A DNA stretch of 64,000 nucleotides. Origin: Camelus dromedarius (Eukaryota). The translations under genes were made by a program, and so were the position numbers. The DNA lies in assembly GCF_036321535.1 (NCBI RefSeq), contig NC_087437.1, positions 61,568,001-61,632,000 on the forward strand. The letters are read 5' to 3'. Each line of letters opens with the position of its first letter. Position 1 is the stretch's first letter. Below the pieces are notes generated by a model that made no database searches, was not told where the DNA came from, and saw nothing but the letters and a program-made list of their open reading frames with translations. This document shows positions 13,336-27,477 of this stretch, piece by piece.

Positions 13336-14846
13336 ATTTTGACATCAATGAGTAAATCCGTTTATCTCAGTCGATGGTATAGTGGTGCTGGGGCAAGACT
13401 GGAGAGTAGGCTGGACATCAGATTAAGGGCAGCATTGTGGAACAAATTAAAGGAAACCTAAACGACCATTGTGGGGGCCACCGGGAACCAAGAGTGGACA
13501 GGAGAACACCCGGTTTGATGTCATATGGTATGGACTGGACTGTATATAGTATTAGAGAAAGAAAAATAAGAAGACATCTTAGTATGTGACAAAGTAAAAA
13601 GGATCTACTCCAGATACTGACAGTGGGAAGAGAAAAATAAGGATGTATTTTATAGACCTTGTGAATGAATTTTTTTTTTAAAGAGACAGTGCATCAAAGA
13701 TGACTGTGCTGTTAAACCTGGAGGACTAAAAAGATGGTAATGCTGCTGATAATAATAGTAACTAATGTGTATTGAACTGTTAGCATATTCCCAACTGTAT
13801 ATATAAAATGTACATATAACAACCATATGAGTTGTAAGTACTATTTTTAAAACCATTTTACACATGAAAAAAAGGAGACTTGAGATTAATCTGATCAAGG
13901 TTACACAACTAATAAGTAACGAAACTGGGATTCAAATTCAGATACATCTGATCCTAAAACTTGTGTTTTTGATCTCTAAGCCATACTGACAAAGAAATTT
14001 GGTACACAGTTTCTTCAGCTCGCCTGATACCTTTAAGAGGCTAGCACCACATCTAGTTAATTGTATGCAACACACAGAAATGTAAATCTGGGACTTTAAG
14101 AGTGAAGTTAGGGCTATAGCATAAAATTGAAAGAGTCATAATGGAGAGTTTATGAGATTCTTGGAGAAAGAGTGTGGAGAGTAGAAAAGCTGGGCACTGA
14201 CAACTATGAAGTATACCAGCATTTAAAAAGCCAAGACAAGGAATCAGCCTGAGGAAAAATCAGAAACAGAGTTTTCATATTGAAGCCTGTACTGGATAGA
14301 ATTCAGAGACTCCTAAAGCCAAAGGAACTATAGTCACCATCTAAGTTATTTTACAGATGAGAAGCAGTCCAAAAGAGGTTAAATGATGCGTTTAAGAGTA
14401 TATAGTAAGGTGGTGCTGTTTCACAGAAACATGGTTAAAGGTATAAGAAATTTTTTCTGAGTAGAAGATAGAAAACAAGAAACCAAGGATCCAGTTGGTA
14501 AAAAGCCTATGGTTGGAGGCTGATGGGGGAGACTAAGATTATACAAAAAAACAAAAAAATTGAGAGGTAATGGGTAGGCCAAAGTAACACAGTCTTATTG
14601 AAGCCATGAGAATTAAGGCTTTCAAGAGTTGGATACTTATTTCCTAGGTAAAGAAGAATGAGAATTGCTTAAAAGACCATTTAGTTTTTCAAGGAAGCAA
14701 TTGGTAACCCACAAAATTATGGTTTCGTTAGTCTTGGAAATATGCACTGGAGTGCCAGAGCTTAAGTGGAAATTATATTTTTTTTGGATCCTTATTTATG
14801 TATATTTTGTATCAACCACAGTAATATGTATGTGAATTTTTCTAGA

Positions 14847-15072
14847 GCAGTGCTGTCCAATTTGGTAGCTACTAGTCATAAGTGGTTATTAAAATTAAAC
14901 TAAGTTAAAATTAAAAAATTTGGTTCCTCAGTTGTACTAGCCACATTTCAGTGCTCAGTAGCCACATGTGTCATATTGGACAGCACATCAGACAGACCTG
15001 CTGTGTGTCATTTTGGACAACACAGATAATAGAACCTTTCTATCATCACAGAAAGTATATGGGACAGTGATG
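14847..15072. mobile_element. MER3/MER33-like hAT-Charlie MITE
   Basis: Terminal inverted repeats cagtgctgtccaat ... gggacagtgatg; internal ctagccacatttcagtgctcagtagccacatgtg. Confidence 0.75.
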
Positions 15073-16728
15073 CTGGGGCATACTGTCTAGAATAGAATTG
15101 ACATTTTCTTCTGCATGATTTATTTTATAAATCATACTTCTTTTGGCAGTATTTTTCTATATCCATAATATAGTAAGCCACCATGGTAACTAGAACTGAA
15201 AACACCTTAATGATTGAGAGGGCAGAGGCAAATGGAGGGGGTAGCAGCAAATGGGGGCTCAGCCATAATACAAGATCTTTGCTAGTATCTTAGGGCTGGG
15301 AGAGGGGGATATATAATTTTTTCTTTTAGAAATAACCTTGTTAATAAAGACTAGCATTTCAGCACATCATCTTTGTTAATAAAGGCATTAGCTATATATT
15401 TGACAAATTTACCATCTACTGAGTATTATGCATTAAATTAGGAGCCTTCTAAGAGCTTTAGCAATGAGAAAAGAGTAGAAAACACCGAAGCGAGTTTATT
15501 TGATTACATCAGGCTGGTTCAATTTAGTGTACTTAAAAATCATTTCTTCTGATATTAAGAGTTATACGTCGTCATTGTGGTACAAATAATTATAAAGGAG
15601 ACACTAAAGATCATAAGTAATTCCACTTAACAGAGATAACTGGTAGTGAACCCTGGTTTGAAATCTTCAAACATTTTCTTCATGAAATGTTCTTCACATT
15701 CTCACTTTTTAAAAAATTCAGAGGCTGTTTTATCTGATTTTTTCTTACTACATAAGATACAGTATCAGAAAATAGAAATCTATAGCCTAATTTTTAATAG
15801 TAGACCACTATAGATACTGTCTTTTAACTTACCTTATTGATGCACACTGGTATTATTTTTGACTTTCACTATTACAAATGATATTGCTGAGAATAGCTTA
15901 GTACGTATGTCTTAGCAGACTTGTTTATTTTCTTAGGATAAATTCCTAGAAATATAATTAATTGGTTAAAAGGTACACACAACTTTAGGGTTTTTTAATA
16001 CAGTTTTTAAAATTGTCCTTCCAGAAGGATTGTTCAACTTAGATTTATACCAGCAGTGCATGAGTTGTCTTCCATTTGCATCCACAGATCTCATTCATTT
16101 TGATCTATGTCAGTCTGATAGGTGAGAGATGCTATCTCCTTGTTCTGTATTCAGTGCAACTTGAGGAATATGATTTTTACTACAATAAGAAAAGATATAT
16201 AAATACAAGGGGAAATATTTATTTTTTTCTAATTTTTCCTGTGACTTTTTGTCACAGAACCAGTTGATGACAAAGAATCAGAAGCTCTTTGTGCATGCAT
16301 ATAAACTCCTGTATATTTAATTTGAATTCCTTTGTAATTGTAAGAGTAATATATATTTACCATAGAAAATTTGGAAAAACAAATACACAAGATGGAGAAA
16401 GAAAAAAAAGGAATAATACTACTGCATTGATAAACCACTATGAACATTTTGACATATTCTTCCAAGTTTTTTTAATACATGTACGTATATATTGAAAAAC
16501 ATGGTATTAACTTTTTATAGTTTGTTTTCCTATCTCATAGTATATTAGAAATATGGTGTCATGTCTGTTAATATTTTCTTAGAATAGAATTTTAATGGCT
16601 GCAGAGTATTTAATTGTATTTTGTACTTAACCAGATCCCTTTACTGGGCATTTTAGACTATTTCTGATTTTTTATTGTTGTAAGTAAGCTATGAACATTT
16701 TCTATACTACTCTTTGCTTACATTTCTT

Positions 16729-16890
16729 TTTTAAAAAATATTTTATTTATTATTGTATTATTTAATTATTTTATTTTGGTGGAGGGGAGGTAATTAGGTT
16801 TGTTTATTTTTAGAGGAGGTACTGGGGATTGAACCCAGGACCTCATACATGTTAAGCACGTGCTCTACCACTTGAGCTACACCTCCCCCT
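16729..16890 (-). mobile_element. tRNA-Ala-derived SINE (Vic-1-like) with AT-rich tail
   Basis: Same head and tail as other copies; imperfect TSD ttgcttacatttctt / ttgctcacattcctt. Confidence 0.88.
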
Positions 16891-18519
16891 CTTGCTCACA
16901 TTCCTTATTATTTCCTTTGAATAAATTCCTAGAAATGGAATTGTTCTAACAAATTGTACACAACTTTCTAAACTTAAACTTAATTTACAAAGTTACAAAA
17001 GCAGTTTCTCATAGAAACAGTGTTACCTATTGTATGTAGCTTAACTAGGATTACAGGCCACCCACAAAAAAACCTATTTTTTTTTTCTAAACATGAAAGT
17101 CATCCTAACTCATTTATTTCATGCCTCTTTATACCTAAAGGCCATGATCTCCCACATCTCTCTCTGTAAAGAGTGTGTATATGTGTTAATGACACAGATT
17201 TTTATTGAAGTACCTCTAACCTCAGAGAAGGTCTGGGGTATAGAACTTGAAGTAGCCTCAGTAGGGAACTTGAAATTTGAAGACTTGGGATTTTCTTAAG
17301 GGTGCCACCCTATATTATATATTCATGTTTGTTTTAATACAAATCTATGCCTTCAAATTGCCATTAAGGAACACCAAGCCAAATCAGTTTCTGTACTGTT
17401 TATTCTGTTGTTTTCTGGAATCCACCCCCTGCCCCCATGAGTATCCCAGGTTTACAAGTATGGATGTAGTATTTTATGTAATACTACTCTTTGTAACAGT
17501 TTCTATGGAAGTATGCATATTAAATTGAAATACAGGATGCTAAGAACACATCTCAGGAAACGTTTATAACTCCCCTCCTCTCATAACTTTACTTTCTGTT
17601 TGGAATGAGAAATCTCATAGCTCTAATACAGTCTTATTCACATGCTTCTTCCTTTCTCTTCTGCATGAGGATCAGCTCAATTCTTATACTGGACTGACAC
17701 AATAGGAAGGACTTTAAAAGATTTCTGTTGCTTATGTTCTCCCTGCCACCCTGACCCCCTGCAATAGCCCCTCTTTTATAAAGAGAGGCTGTTGGGTATA
17801 AAGGCGCCTGAAGTAAGATTTAAATTTATGTTTCAGGGGTAAAAATCTAGACTCAACTTTACTGGCATTGTTTTCTAAATAGGAAGGGTAGATAGTAGGA
17901 TGGTGCTTCTAGGAGGGATGAGAAGATGAATCATAGATCACCACAAAACCAATATTGAGTCTAGAAGAATGGCAGCAGTGTTGGCGCAAAGATTTCCTAG
18001 GTTTCATTTCCTTTTACAGTGGCTGTATTTAGGGATGGATGGTTAATTAGTAATATTAATAATATTACTATTATATCATTATAACATGAACCATGACTTT
18101 TAAATAGTAACATACATGTTCATTATTTTTTCAGTTCATTTATGAAACAATTATTCCACTCAAGTTTGGAGAAAAATATATGGTAAATACAGTAATTCAC
18201 ACAAAGGGACATTATTTTGAGTTCCTGAAGCAGCCAGCAATATCAAATGCAATGCTACTAATTTTAGAATCCTAAACAACTCCTAAAAATTTAAGGTATT
18301 TCCTTACTTTTAACTTTCTTCCTTGTTCTTCTAAACTTCTCAATTTTTATTATTTGAAGGAAATCTTAAACCAAGGATTTTAACTGATTTATTAAATATA
18401 TTTCTTACAAAAACTAGGTAATTGACTTTTCCATTAAAAACAGGTTTTAAAAAATGACCTGGAATCATAGAGAGTGAAAAGATAAGCCACATAGGGAGTG
18501 AAAAGAGATTTCCAATAAA

Positions 18520-19720
18520 TACAACAAACAAATGATAACCAGAATATGTATAGAATTTCTACAGAAAAGTAAGAAGATAACACAATAGAAAGCTGAGAAA
18601 AGACTTGAACTGTTACTTCACTAAAGAGGAGGAATTCCGAAGGACTAAGAAATATGTGAAAGAGTGCTCAATCTCATTAGTAATCAGGGAAATGGAAAAT
18701 AAAACCAAAATGAGATACTACTCAAAAATTGAGAATACCAAGTGCTGGAAAGAAAGTACAGTTGTCCTTCAGTATCCTCAAGGGAATGATTCCAGGACCC
18801 TCCACAGATACCAAAATCTGCAGATGCTCACATCGTTTATGTAAAAATGGCATAGGATTTGCATATAGCCTATGTAACATCCTCCCATATACTTTAAATC
18901 ATGTCTAGATTATGTATTAGATTTAATACAATGTAAATGCTATGTAAATAGTTGCTGGTGCATATAGCAAGTTCCAGTTTTGCTTTTTGGAAGTTTCTTA
19001 AAATTTTTCCCCCAAATATTTTCAATCCAAGGTTGGTTGAATCTGCAGCTGTGGAACCCACAGATGCTGAGGGCCAACTATAGAGCACTAGGGACATTCA
19101 TTCAGTGCCCATGGGAGTGTGAATTGGTGCATCGACTTTGAAAAATACCTAGTAAAAAAAATACCTAGTAAGGTTGAAAATACACATACTTTATGAGCCA
19201 GATATTCCAGGCTCTGAGGTCCATACCCCAAAGAAACTTGTGTGTAAGTATACCAGGACATATGTATGAGAATATTCATAGCATTGATCATATTTGACAA
19301 AATAGAAACAACCCAATTGATCATCAATAGAATGGATGTCAGTTATGGTATATTTATTTATATGATCTCATAGCAGTGAAAATGATCTACAACTACATGC
19401 AATTACATAGATGAGCCTTGGAAATATGTTGAGCAAATGAAGTATATTACACTATGTATGCATCGCAAATGTATTTTTTAAAAGTTCAAAAACAAGCAAA
19501 ATCATTCATAAATGCCAAAACTGTTTAAAAAAAAAAGCCAGAAAATGATTACCATGAAAGTTAGGGTAATGGTTACCTGTAGGAGAGGGAAAATGTTAGA
19601 GGAAAGGGGGCAGTGGGTTAAGGGTGGATGTGTTTCTGAAGTACTGAAAATATTCTATTCTTTACCCTAGGTTCATCACCTATATGGGTGTTCACTTCAT
19701 TTTTTTTAATTGTACATTTA
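18520..19720 (+). mobile_element. Old L1M 3' fragment split by a MER2 insertion
   Basis: ORF2-like remnant (KECSISLVIREMENKTKMRYY) before 18757 resumes after 19082 (gtgaattggtgcatc..., acaacccaattg...). Confidence 0.7.
18759..19080 (+). mobile_element. MER2-family TcMar-Tigger non-autonomous transposon
   Basis: TA|cagttgtccttcagtatc ... gatgctgagggccaacta|TA, i.e. TIRs with a TA target duplication; MER2 internal motifs. Confidence 0.85.
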
Positions 19721-19963
19721 TGGTTTATTTACTTTATTTTCATTTACTTCTTTATTTAGTCTTACTTATTCATTAACTCATGTATTATTCATAGCACCTC
19801 TTCTTTTTTAACCTTCTCTTTTTCCTCCTTATCTCCCTGTGATCCCCCTTCCCCAATCAGGCACTTTTCTTGCTTCCCTAATACCTTGTTTACACTTTTC
19901 TACTGTCACAGTGAACGATACTGTCTTTTCTCATACTAGATTGGGAACTTCTTGAAGGAGATA

Positions 19964-20531
19964 TATTAGTTTCCTCTTGCTGCATAACAAATTGCTCTAG
20001 ACATACCTTAATAAAACACCTGTATTATCTTACAGTTCTGTAGGTCAGAAAACTGGACTCATTTGGACTCCTCATGGTCTCACAAGGCCAGAATCAATGT
20101 GTTGGCCAGACTGGACTCTTATATGGAGTCTCTGAGGAAGAATTTCCAGAATCATTCAGGTTTTGGCAGAATTCAGTTTCTTGCAGTTATAAAACTGAGG
20201 GTCCCATTTCTCTGCTAGTTGTCAGCTTTGGGGTGCTCTGGATGCTATCCACATTCCTTACGTAGCCCCCTCCACCTTCACACCAACAGTGGTGTGTCCT
20301 GCTTGGAATCTCTGACTTCTGCTACCAGCTAGAGGGCTCCTGTGATGAGATTGAGTATAGCCAGATTGTCTCTATTTTGCTTAATTCAGAGTCAATTGAT
20401 TAATAATTACTTAGTTATAGCAGCAAAATCCCTTTTGCCGCATAAGGAATATAATCAGAATATATTTCACATTTACAGTTACAAGGATTAGGGTGGGAGA
20501 TCTTGGGGGCCATCTTAGGGTTCTGCCTACT
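19964..20531 (-). mobile_element. MLT1 solo LTR
   Basis: tattagtttcctcttgctgcataacaaatt...cttacagttctgtaggtcagaa...gggggccatcttagggttctgcctacta. Confidence 0.8.
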
Positions 20532-21159
20532 ATAGAGGGTTCTGTCTTACTTTCCTCTTATTGTACATCACCTAGTACAATGCCAAATACCCCTTGTTTA
20601 TTGGATGGATAGATGGGATGGATGGGTGAGTGAATGAGAAGACAAAAACAGGAAATGAAGAGCCTATTCACTTTCTTAGCTTTAGAAATAGTAACAACTG
20701 ACTTCTGTGTGACTGGGTTTAATGAGGACCCTTGGGGCTTCAGTCATACAGTAGAATTCAGTCAAAACATTTTCAAGGATAATACCAGTGAATATAGTTC
20801 CCTTTTATATCAGAGTTAGGCATTCAGACCCTCATTAATTGGTGTCATAGAGGATAAGAGTGATGATGTTATGTGTGCTAAGAATTAGGACCCGAAAACA
20901 TAACCAGTAGCAATTGAGAATTTTTAGGTGTTTGAAAAATTTCAAAATAGGGCCTCGATTTGCTAATAAAAGAGTAAAAAAATTTTAAACTCCTTACAGT
21001 AAAGTTGGCTTTCCATGTGTATTCAATATTTATAACTTTGATAATTATGCAAGTTTCAGTTATCTAAGGAGAATCTTAGCCTGGTAAATATGTGATCCTC
21101 TTCTAGCTTAGTAACATTGTGATTTCTGGTCATCTGTCATCAAATGACAGACCATAGTC

Positions 21160-21352
21160 TGTTGATTCTCAAACTTTAATGTGCATAAAATCACCTGTGA
21201 CACTTAAAAAAAAATGTACATTCCTGGGACCAGACCCTAGAGAGTCTGATTCAGGAGTTCTGGGGTGGGGTCCATTAAGCTTCATTTTTAAGAAGCAGTC
21301 TGATGGTTCTAGGTGCAGGTGGTCTAAGAAATTCTTCCATAGACTTTGCTGC
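21160..21352. mobile_element. MER5-family hAT-Charlie MITE
   Basis: gattctcaaactttaatgtgcataaaatcacctg...tctgattcagg...ggggtgggg. Confidence 0.7.
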
Positions 21353-21441
21353 TTTAAAGTTAATTTAGAAAAATAGTAATTTTTCACTTCTAAAGATATC
21401 TTGATTAGGTAAGCTAAAGATATTATTCAGCTGAAAATGTT

Positions 21442-21556
21442 TTGGGGTGGATATAGCTCAGTGGTAGAACACATGTTTAGCATGCATGAGGTCCTGCGTT
21501 CAATCCCTAGTACCTCCTCTAAAAATAAGTAAATCTAATTACTTCTCCCCCTCAAA
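21442..21556 (+). mobile_element. tRNA-Ala-derived SINE (Vic-1-like)
   Basis: gatatagctcagtggtagaacacatgtttagcatgcatgaggtcctgcgttcaatccctagtacctcc...ctaattac. Confidence 0.88.
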
Positions 21557-21738
21557 ACAATTTTTTAAGTATAAAACACATACTTCATTTTGTAAAATTG
21601 AGCACTTTGACATAGAATAAACACTTGAAAGATTGGTTTATTTGTTTTTAAGGTACTGTCACTGAAGAACTGTGTTGTTAAAGTTACAGATAGATAACCA
21701 ATTTACATGAAAAAATAAACTATGAAAATTGAGCATGT

Positions 21739-22246
21739 ATGGTTAGTCAGGATCTTGGTTATGAGCGACAGAAACCAACTGTGGTTATGACTAGCCCACG
21801 AAATCTCTGGGAGGACTGGAAAACCAGGCTGGAAGGATAAGTAACCAGGAATAATGCCCAAAATCATGTGACAGAACTTGTCCTGTGAAGACATCGCTAG
21901 CATTGCCACTGGGGATAGACACTTCAACGTGTACCACCACTAGAGATGATGGACACTCTACACCAGTGCTGGAACTAATGCCACCACTGTCTGTGGAAAT
22001 AGGGGTGTATATTACCACTCTGCTTTCAGTTCAAGGTTAGGGGAGGATGTGTCTGCTTGGGGGAACCTAGATCATGTGCCTGTGCCCCTAGCCACGAGAG
22101 AGGTCAGGAAAGCAAACATACTGTGTGGCATTTTTCAGCTTCTGTTGAGGAAAGAAGTCTGTTTCAGAAAGTATTGGATTCCTCGAACATGGGAATAGTG
22201 TTTAGATCCTGGGCAGCCTAAAAAAATGGCATATGTCTAACTACAA
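21739..22246 (-). mobile_element. Old MLT1-like LTR
   Basis: tggttagtcaggatcttggttatgagcgacagaaaccaact start resembles old MLT1 ends; weak beyond that. Confidence 0.5.
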
Positions 22247-23544
22247 GTTGTATTTAATGGTTAAATCAAGTGAACAGTTGGACCTTCATTGGAGAATATA
22301 ATTATTGATGCACAGTAATCAATATATATGATGCAGTAGGCATTTTACTGATTGTAATTAGTGTAGCTTTTCTACAACTAAACGTTTCATTTCTTTGTTT
22401 AGTTGGGAGTGAGAAGGAAAAGATTATTAATTAGATTCTTTTCAAGGAGTACCTTCCGTTTCTCTTTTCTTTCTTTCTTTTTTTTTTTTATTCTGAGAGT
22501 ACCTTCAGTTTCTTTTTAAGATCTGAAGTATGCATTAATTTGAGGAGAAGGATGAACAGTCCTTCTACTTCGTATCATTTCAAGTGTCTGCTGTGTCCCA
22601 AATCCCAATAACTAGGAACAGTATTCCATTGCATTTTAGCCAGTAATCCCTAATGTAAGATATTTTTAACAGTGTACGGTTACTTATATATTATGTGCAT
22701 ATACTAATTTACTAAAATTATATGTATTATAAAATAGACATAGACATAAATACAAAATTTAAAGAAAGTAAACAAATGGAAATAAAAGTTGTAATGTTTT
22801 TCTTCCATCCTTTGGTGGGTCATTTTATGTATCCCCTGGATAGCAGGCTCATGTTCCTCCCTTGGAGACTACAGAATCAGACAGTGTTTAGCCTCTTAAT
22901 GATCTTTAAGCAGGAGAAAGGGAATTTAATGTTAAGTATCTGCGAGCACTGTAGGCTCTACTTTGAGGCAGTATGGGAAATGAGAGACTGAAGTATGGAG
23001 TTCAAGGTTAGAAAGTGGTGCCCTGTTCAAATGGAAAGGATTTTAGAAGACAAAGACTTAAGGAATTTCTTGAAGCAGTGCTATAGATGACAAGGGATTC
23101 CTTTCGTAGCATATACAAAACAAGCCAGTGTGTATATGAAATGGGAGGTGGGATAGTTTTAATGTTTAAGCTGTTCCCAGGGATTTGAAGAGGTGGGTTT
23201 GGGTGTGGTAGAGAGAATGTCACTTTGGGAGTAAGATTTGGATGTTTCTTCTCTGGCTGCTTTTAAGATTTTTTTTTTCCTTTGTCCTTGATTTTCTGCA
23301 GTTTGATTATGATGTGGCTTTCTTTATATGTATCCTACTTGAGGTTTGCAGAGCCTCTTGCATCTGTGGATTGAAAAATTCTTGGTGGTTATTTGGTTTC
23401 AGTAACAGTTTTTCTGTTTTCTTGGTTGATAAATACTATTCAAAGTCATATTTATCCTTTTTGTTATGATTCGCTTTTCCTAGGATTCTACTATTATATA
23501 ACATCTTTGAAATTTTCAAGTTGATCTATGGGTCTATAAAGTTT

Positions 23545-23700
23545 TGCTATTGAAAGTGTGATTTGTAGACCAGCAACATGGCATCACCTAGGATTTTATG
23601 AGAAATGCAGAATTTCAAATCCCATCCCAGAATTAGAATCTGCATTTTAATAAGTTCTCCAGGTAATTATGAGAACATTACAGTTTGAGAAGGACTGCTC
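23545..23700. mobile_element. MER5A-like MITE
   Basis: gaccagcaacatggcatcacctagg...agaaatgcagaattt...ctgcattttaataag...agtttgagaaggactg. Confidence 0.7.
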
Positions 23701-24201
23701 TACAGCTAATCAGGTGACTGAGGTTGCTCTTTTTTTTCCAGAGGGTCTCTGAGTTAAGTAAATAGTTGAACCCAGTTATTCTAACCCCATGCCACATAGG
23801 CCAACCAAATTGAGCACTCTCAACATCAGTCTGTTTTAAAAAGAGAAAAGTATACAGTAGGCAAAGAAGAAAGTTACACCATCACTTACCTTGTTCCTAG
23901 GATATAATATGCTCATGATTTGGGCATAGCATGTTTATGTATATGGTGAGAGTCAAATGTGATGTTAGCAAGTCCTTTTGGACTGTGTCTTGGCTCAGCA
24001 GGGCTGCTGCCAAAGTTATGCAGAAAAGGTTAAAAAAAAAAGCCTTAGTATGTCATCCTGTTGGTGCAGTAAGGATCTCAGCTTATGCAGAAACCCCAAC
24101 CTGTGTCCACAGCTCAATCTTCCTGTGTTTTTTTGTCCCCACTTCTAATGAGGATTGGGGCTTTCTACCCAAAATTGTAATACCAAAAGCAGGTCTTTAT
24201 T

Positions 24202-25499
24202 AGTGCACTAGTATTTGCATTATAGGGGTCCTAGAAAGAGAAGAGAGAAAGAACCTGAGAAAAATTTTGAAGAGATAATAACCGAAAACTTCCCCAACTT
24301 TGGAAAGGAAACAGTCACCCAAGTCCAGGAAGCACAGAGACTTCCACACAGGATCAACCCAAAGAGGAACACACCAAGGCACATAGTCATCAAACTGACA
24401 AAAATTAAGAATAAGGAGAAAATATTAAAGTTAGCAAGAGAAAAGCAACAAGTAACATACAAGGGAACTCCCATAAGGTTATCAGCTGATTTTTCAGCAG
24501 AAACTCTACAGGCCAGAAGAGAATGGCAAGATATATTTAAAGTGAAGAAAGGGAAAAACCTACAACCAAGAATACTCTATCCAGCAAGGCTTTCATTCAG
24601 ATTTCATGGAGAAACCAAAAGCTTCACAGATAAACAAAAGCTAAAAGATTTCAGCACCACCAAACCAGCTTTACAACAAATGTTAAAGGAACTTCTCTAG
24701 TCATAAAACCATAAGAAAAGAGAACAAAATGAAGAAAGAGAGAGAGATTAAAATAGACCCATAAAAGATTGCTTTGTCAGTTTGGGGTCTTTTATGGTTC
24801 CATATAAATTTTGGAATTGTTTGTTCTAGTTCTGTGAAAATGTTGTGAGTACTTTGACAGGGATTGCATTGGATCTGTAGATTGCTTTGGGTAGTACAGC
24901 CATTTTGGTAATGTTGATTCTTCCAAGAGCACAAGATAATCTTTCCATTTCTTTGTATCATCTTCAGTTTCCTTCATCAGTGTTCTACAGTTTTCAGAGT
25001 ATAGATAATCTCCTTGGTTAAGTTTATTTCTAGGTATTTTTGATGCAATGGAAATGTTTCTGTCAGTTTTAAAATTCTGGTTTTTGAAGTGGGGAAAAAA
25101 AGTGAATGAAGGGTTGCAAATGGCAAAATATCCTTCTTTCTTATGGGTGAGTTGTATTCCATTACATACATATGCTGCATCTTCTTTATCCATTCATCTG
25201 TTGATGTGCACTTAGTATGCTTCCATATCTTGGCAATTATAAATAATGTTGCTGTTAATAGTGGGATGTATGTATCTTTTTGAATTAATTCTTATTTTGT
25301 GGTTGGCTTTATTCCTTTGATAACTATGTAAGTTTAAAAAGCTAAAGCTCTAAACGTTCTTAGAAATAATGAACAGTACATATATGTAAATTTAAATAAT
25401 ATGTGCAGTATATTGTGTATATGTATTTACATGCAATGAATTGTATATGTGCAGCCAAAGTGTAACAGTTGTACCTAATAAAACTGAAAAATGAAAAAA
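24202..25499 (+). mobile_element. Copy A: 5'-truncated rearranged L1 derivative (ORF1 3' half, two antisense ORF2 pieces, own tail, polyA)
   Basis: L1 ORF1 C-terminal ORF 24215-24700 (NPKRNTPRHIVIKL...YKGTPIRLSADFS...YPARLSF); antisense ORF2 pieces ~24767-25050 and ~25112-25286; AATAAA 25477-25482 and A-tail; TSD aaaagcaggtctttatt (24185-24201) / aaaagtaggtcttcatt (25500-25516). Confidence 0.9.
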
Positions 25500-27284
25500 A
25501 AAAGTAGGTCTTCATTTCTCATCGATATATTTGTTTTTCATATTTGCTTTAGAAGCCTAATTAGTGCTGGTTCAATTGTTCATCTTGCTTATGAAGACAC
25601 TGTTTAGTAACAATAGGAACTAAACATTCTTGAGGTCAGATCAACAATGACTGGCATAGGTTTATTAATTTTGCTGTCTTATCATAGTACTTGCAATTTG
25701 TAGACACTTCTTTATTTTCCAACATAAGATAATGACAAATACAACTTAAAGACTTATTTTCTGTAGAATTTATGTCTTGACTATCCTCTCCTTTTGTCAC
25801 AAAAGGAGAATTTTTCATGATAGGTATTGACTTCTTCATAGCACCTTTCATGTTACCTTTCCTTTTTAGGATCCTTCTGGACTTAAAGATCTCTTAGAGA
25901 TTCAAGAACTTTATAACTGGCTCTACATTTTGTATACAGTACTCATATGTTACTACCTGAACCCTTCATGGGTGGGAGCCCTCCTCTTGAGAGCTGAGAA
26001 CTTGAAAATTGCATTCCAAGAACAAAAAGATTTTCTAGATCCATCTCATTTCCCTCTCCCCCAAATAGCGCATTTGTTATCTTTAAGCAGTCTTGGTTCC
26101 TTTTAGTGAGCAATAGGATACAGTATTACAGTCTGTCTATTGCAGCCTCCTTTTATACTACTTCATGTGACAACTGATACCAGACAGGATGGCATAAGGG
26201 ACAACTTAGATAATTTATGTGAAGTAGTAGGAGCCTTTCAAAGTCATGAATGTGGACAATTTTAACTCTCATTTGACTTAATTTTTTTCTTACTCTAATA
26301 TTAAAGCTTTCGGTTGATTTGCATTTATGTTTTAAACTGAGTTACTATCTTTTCCTTTCCTTCATACCCAGTGTAGTCATATTTTAGGTACCATGTTACT
26401 ATATGTTATTCTACCAAACTTATAATTAAAGTATTATCAAAAGTTTCAGAAATATTGACATTTAAATGCCAACTTTTGATGCTCATTTTCAATAAATCTC
26501 ATTATATGATGTCATTGATCCTGTATATTTGAAGGCTCCTAAATTTAACTTCCTTAGTTTCCTCAGTGTACTTAGTCTGATTTCATATGTGTATCCAGCA
26601 GATTAATCAAGACCAATTTCACCAAAGATTTATCTTCTTCCTCTAAACAAAGGAATATTTATAATCTATATGCTTAATGACTTTCTAGCAAAATGCATTT
26701 GAACTAAGATATCTAGTAATTTAACAGCTATTACTTAAATTCAGTATAAGATAACAATTATCAAGATAAGTAGTATGAGTTATTTCATATAATCTGTGTC
26801 TCAGTGAGGGTTTATGGTTTTTGCAAATTATGAAATATCCTTTGCTGTCTTATATTATGCTGCCTTGTCAAAAAGGCAATTTTTTGCTTTGCCAGGGTTC
26901 TTGGTGTGACTCATAACTTTCCATTTTTCTTTAACTTGTTGGGTTACTATTATCTTTAGAGTATGTATCAAAAGTTTGAATTATTTTTATTTTCGTCTGT
27001 TTTCTGGAGGAAGAAACCTTACTGCAACATACAACTATATTGCAGTTACAACTTCATGATAATACAGAGTTCAAGTTTCTTAGTATATTTTTTCTAAATG
27101 TGGCAAACACAAACACACAGAGTTAATTACAGAATACTAATCATTTAGTTTCTCTTGGAAAATAGAAAGAAAAAACCCTATTGCTCTTAATAGCAAACAT
27201 TCAAATTATTGTCTTAGACTAGAAATCCTATACCTTCTCTGCCAATATGCAATTCTTTTGGGCTTACCATAGCTTACACATAGA

Positions 27285-27477
27285 GCACTGGTTCTCAAAA
27301 TGTGGCTCCTAGACTAGTAGCAACAGCATCACATGGAAAATTGTTTGAAATACGTATTATTGGGTCTCACCCCAGACCTGTGGTATCAAAAATTCTGGGC
27401 ACAAGGCCTAGCAATCTGTGTTTTAAGAAGCCTTCCAGGTCAATCTGATGCATACTAAAATTTGATAGGCATTGCCA
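27285..27477. mobile_element. MER5A MITE
   Basis: cactggttctcaaaatgtgg...agcatcacatggaaa...gcaatctgtgttttaagaagccttccagg...tgatgcatactaaaatttga. Confidence 0.8.

Noticed and set aside
21442..21520. Possible true tRNA-Ala gene
   Set aside because: Carries the shared SINE tail and stem-breaking mutations; six similar dispersed copies are present
24202..25499. Ordinary twin-priming inversion as the explanation of copy A
   Set aside because: The 5' part is sense, two internal pieces are inverted, and the same junctions recur in copy B with different TSDs
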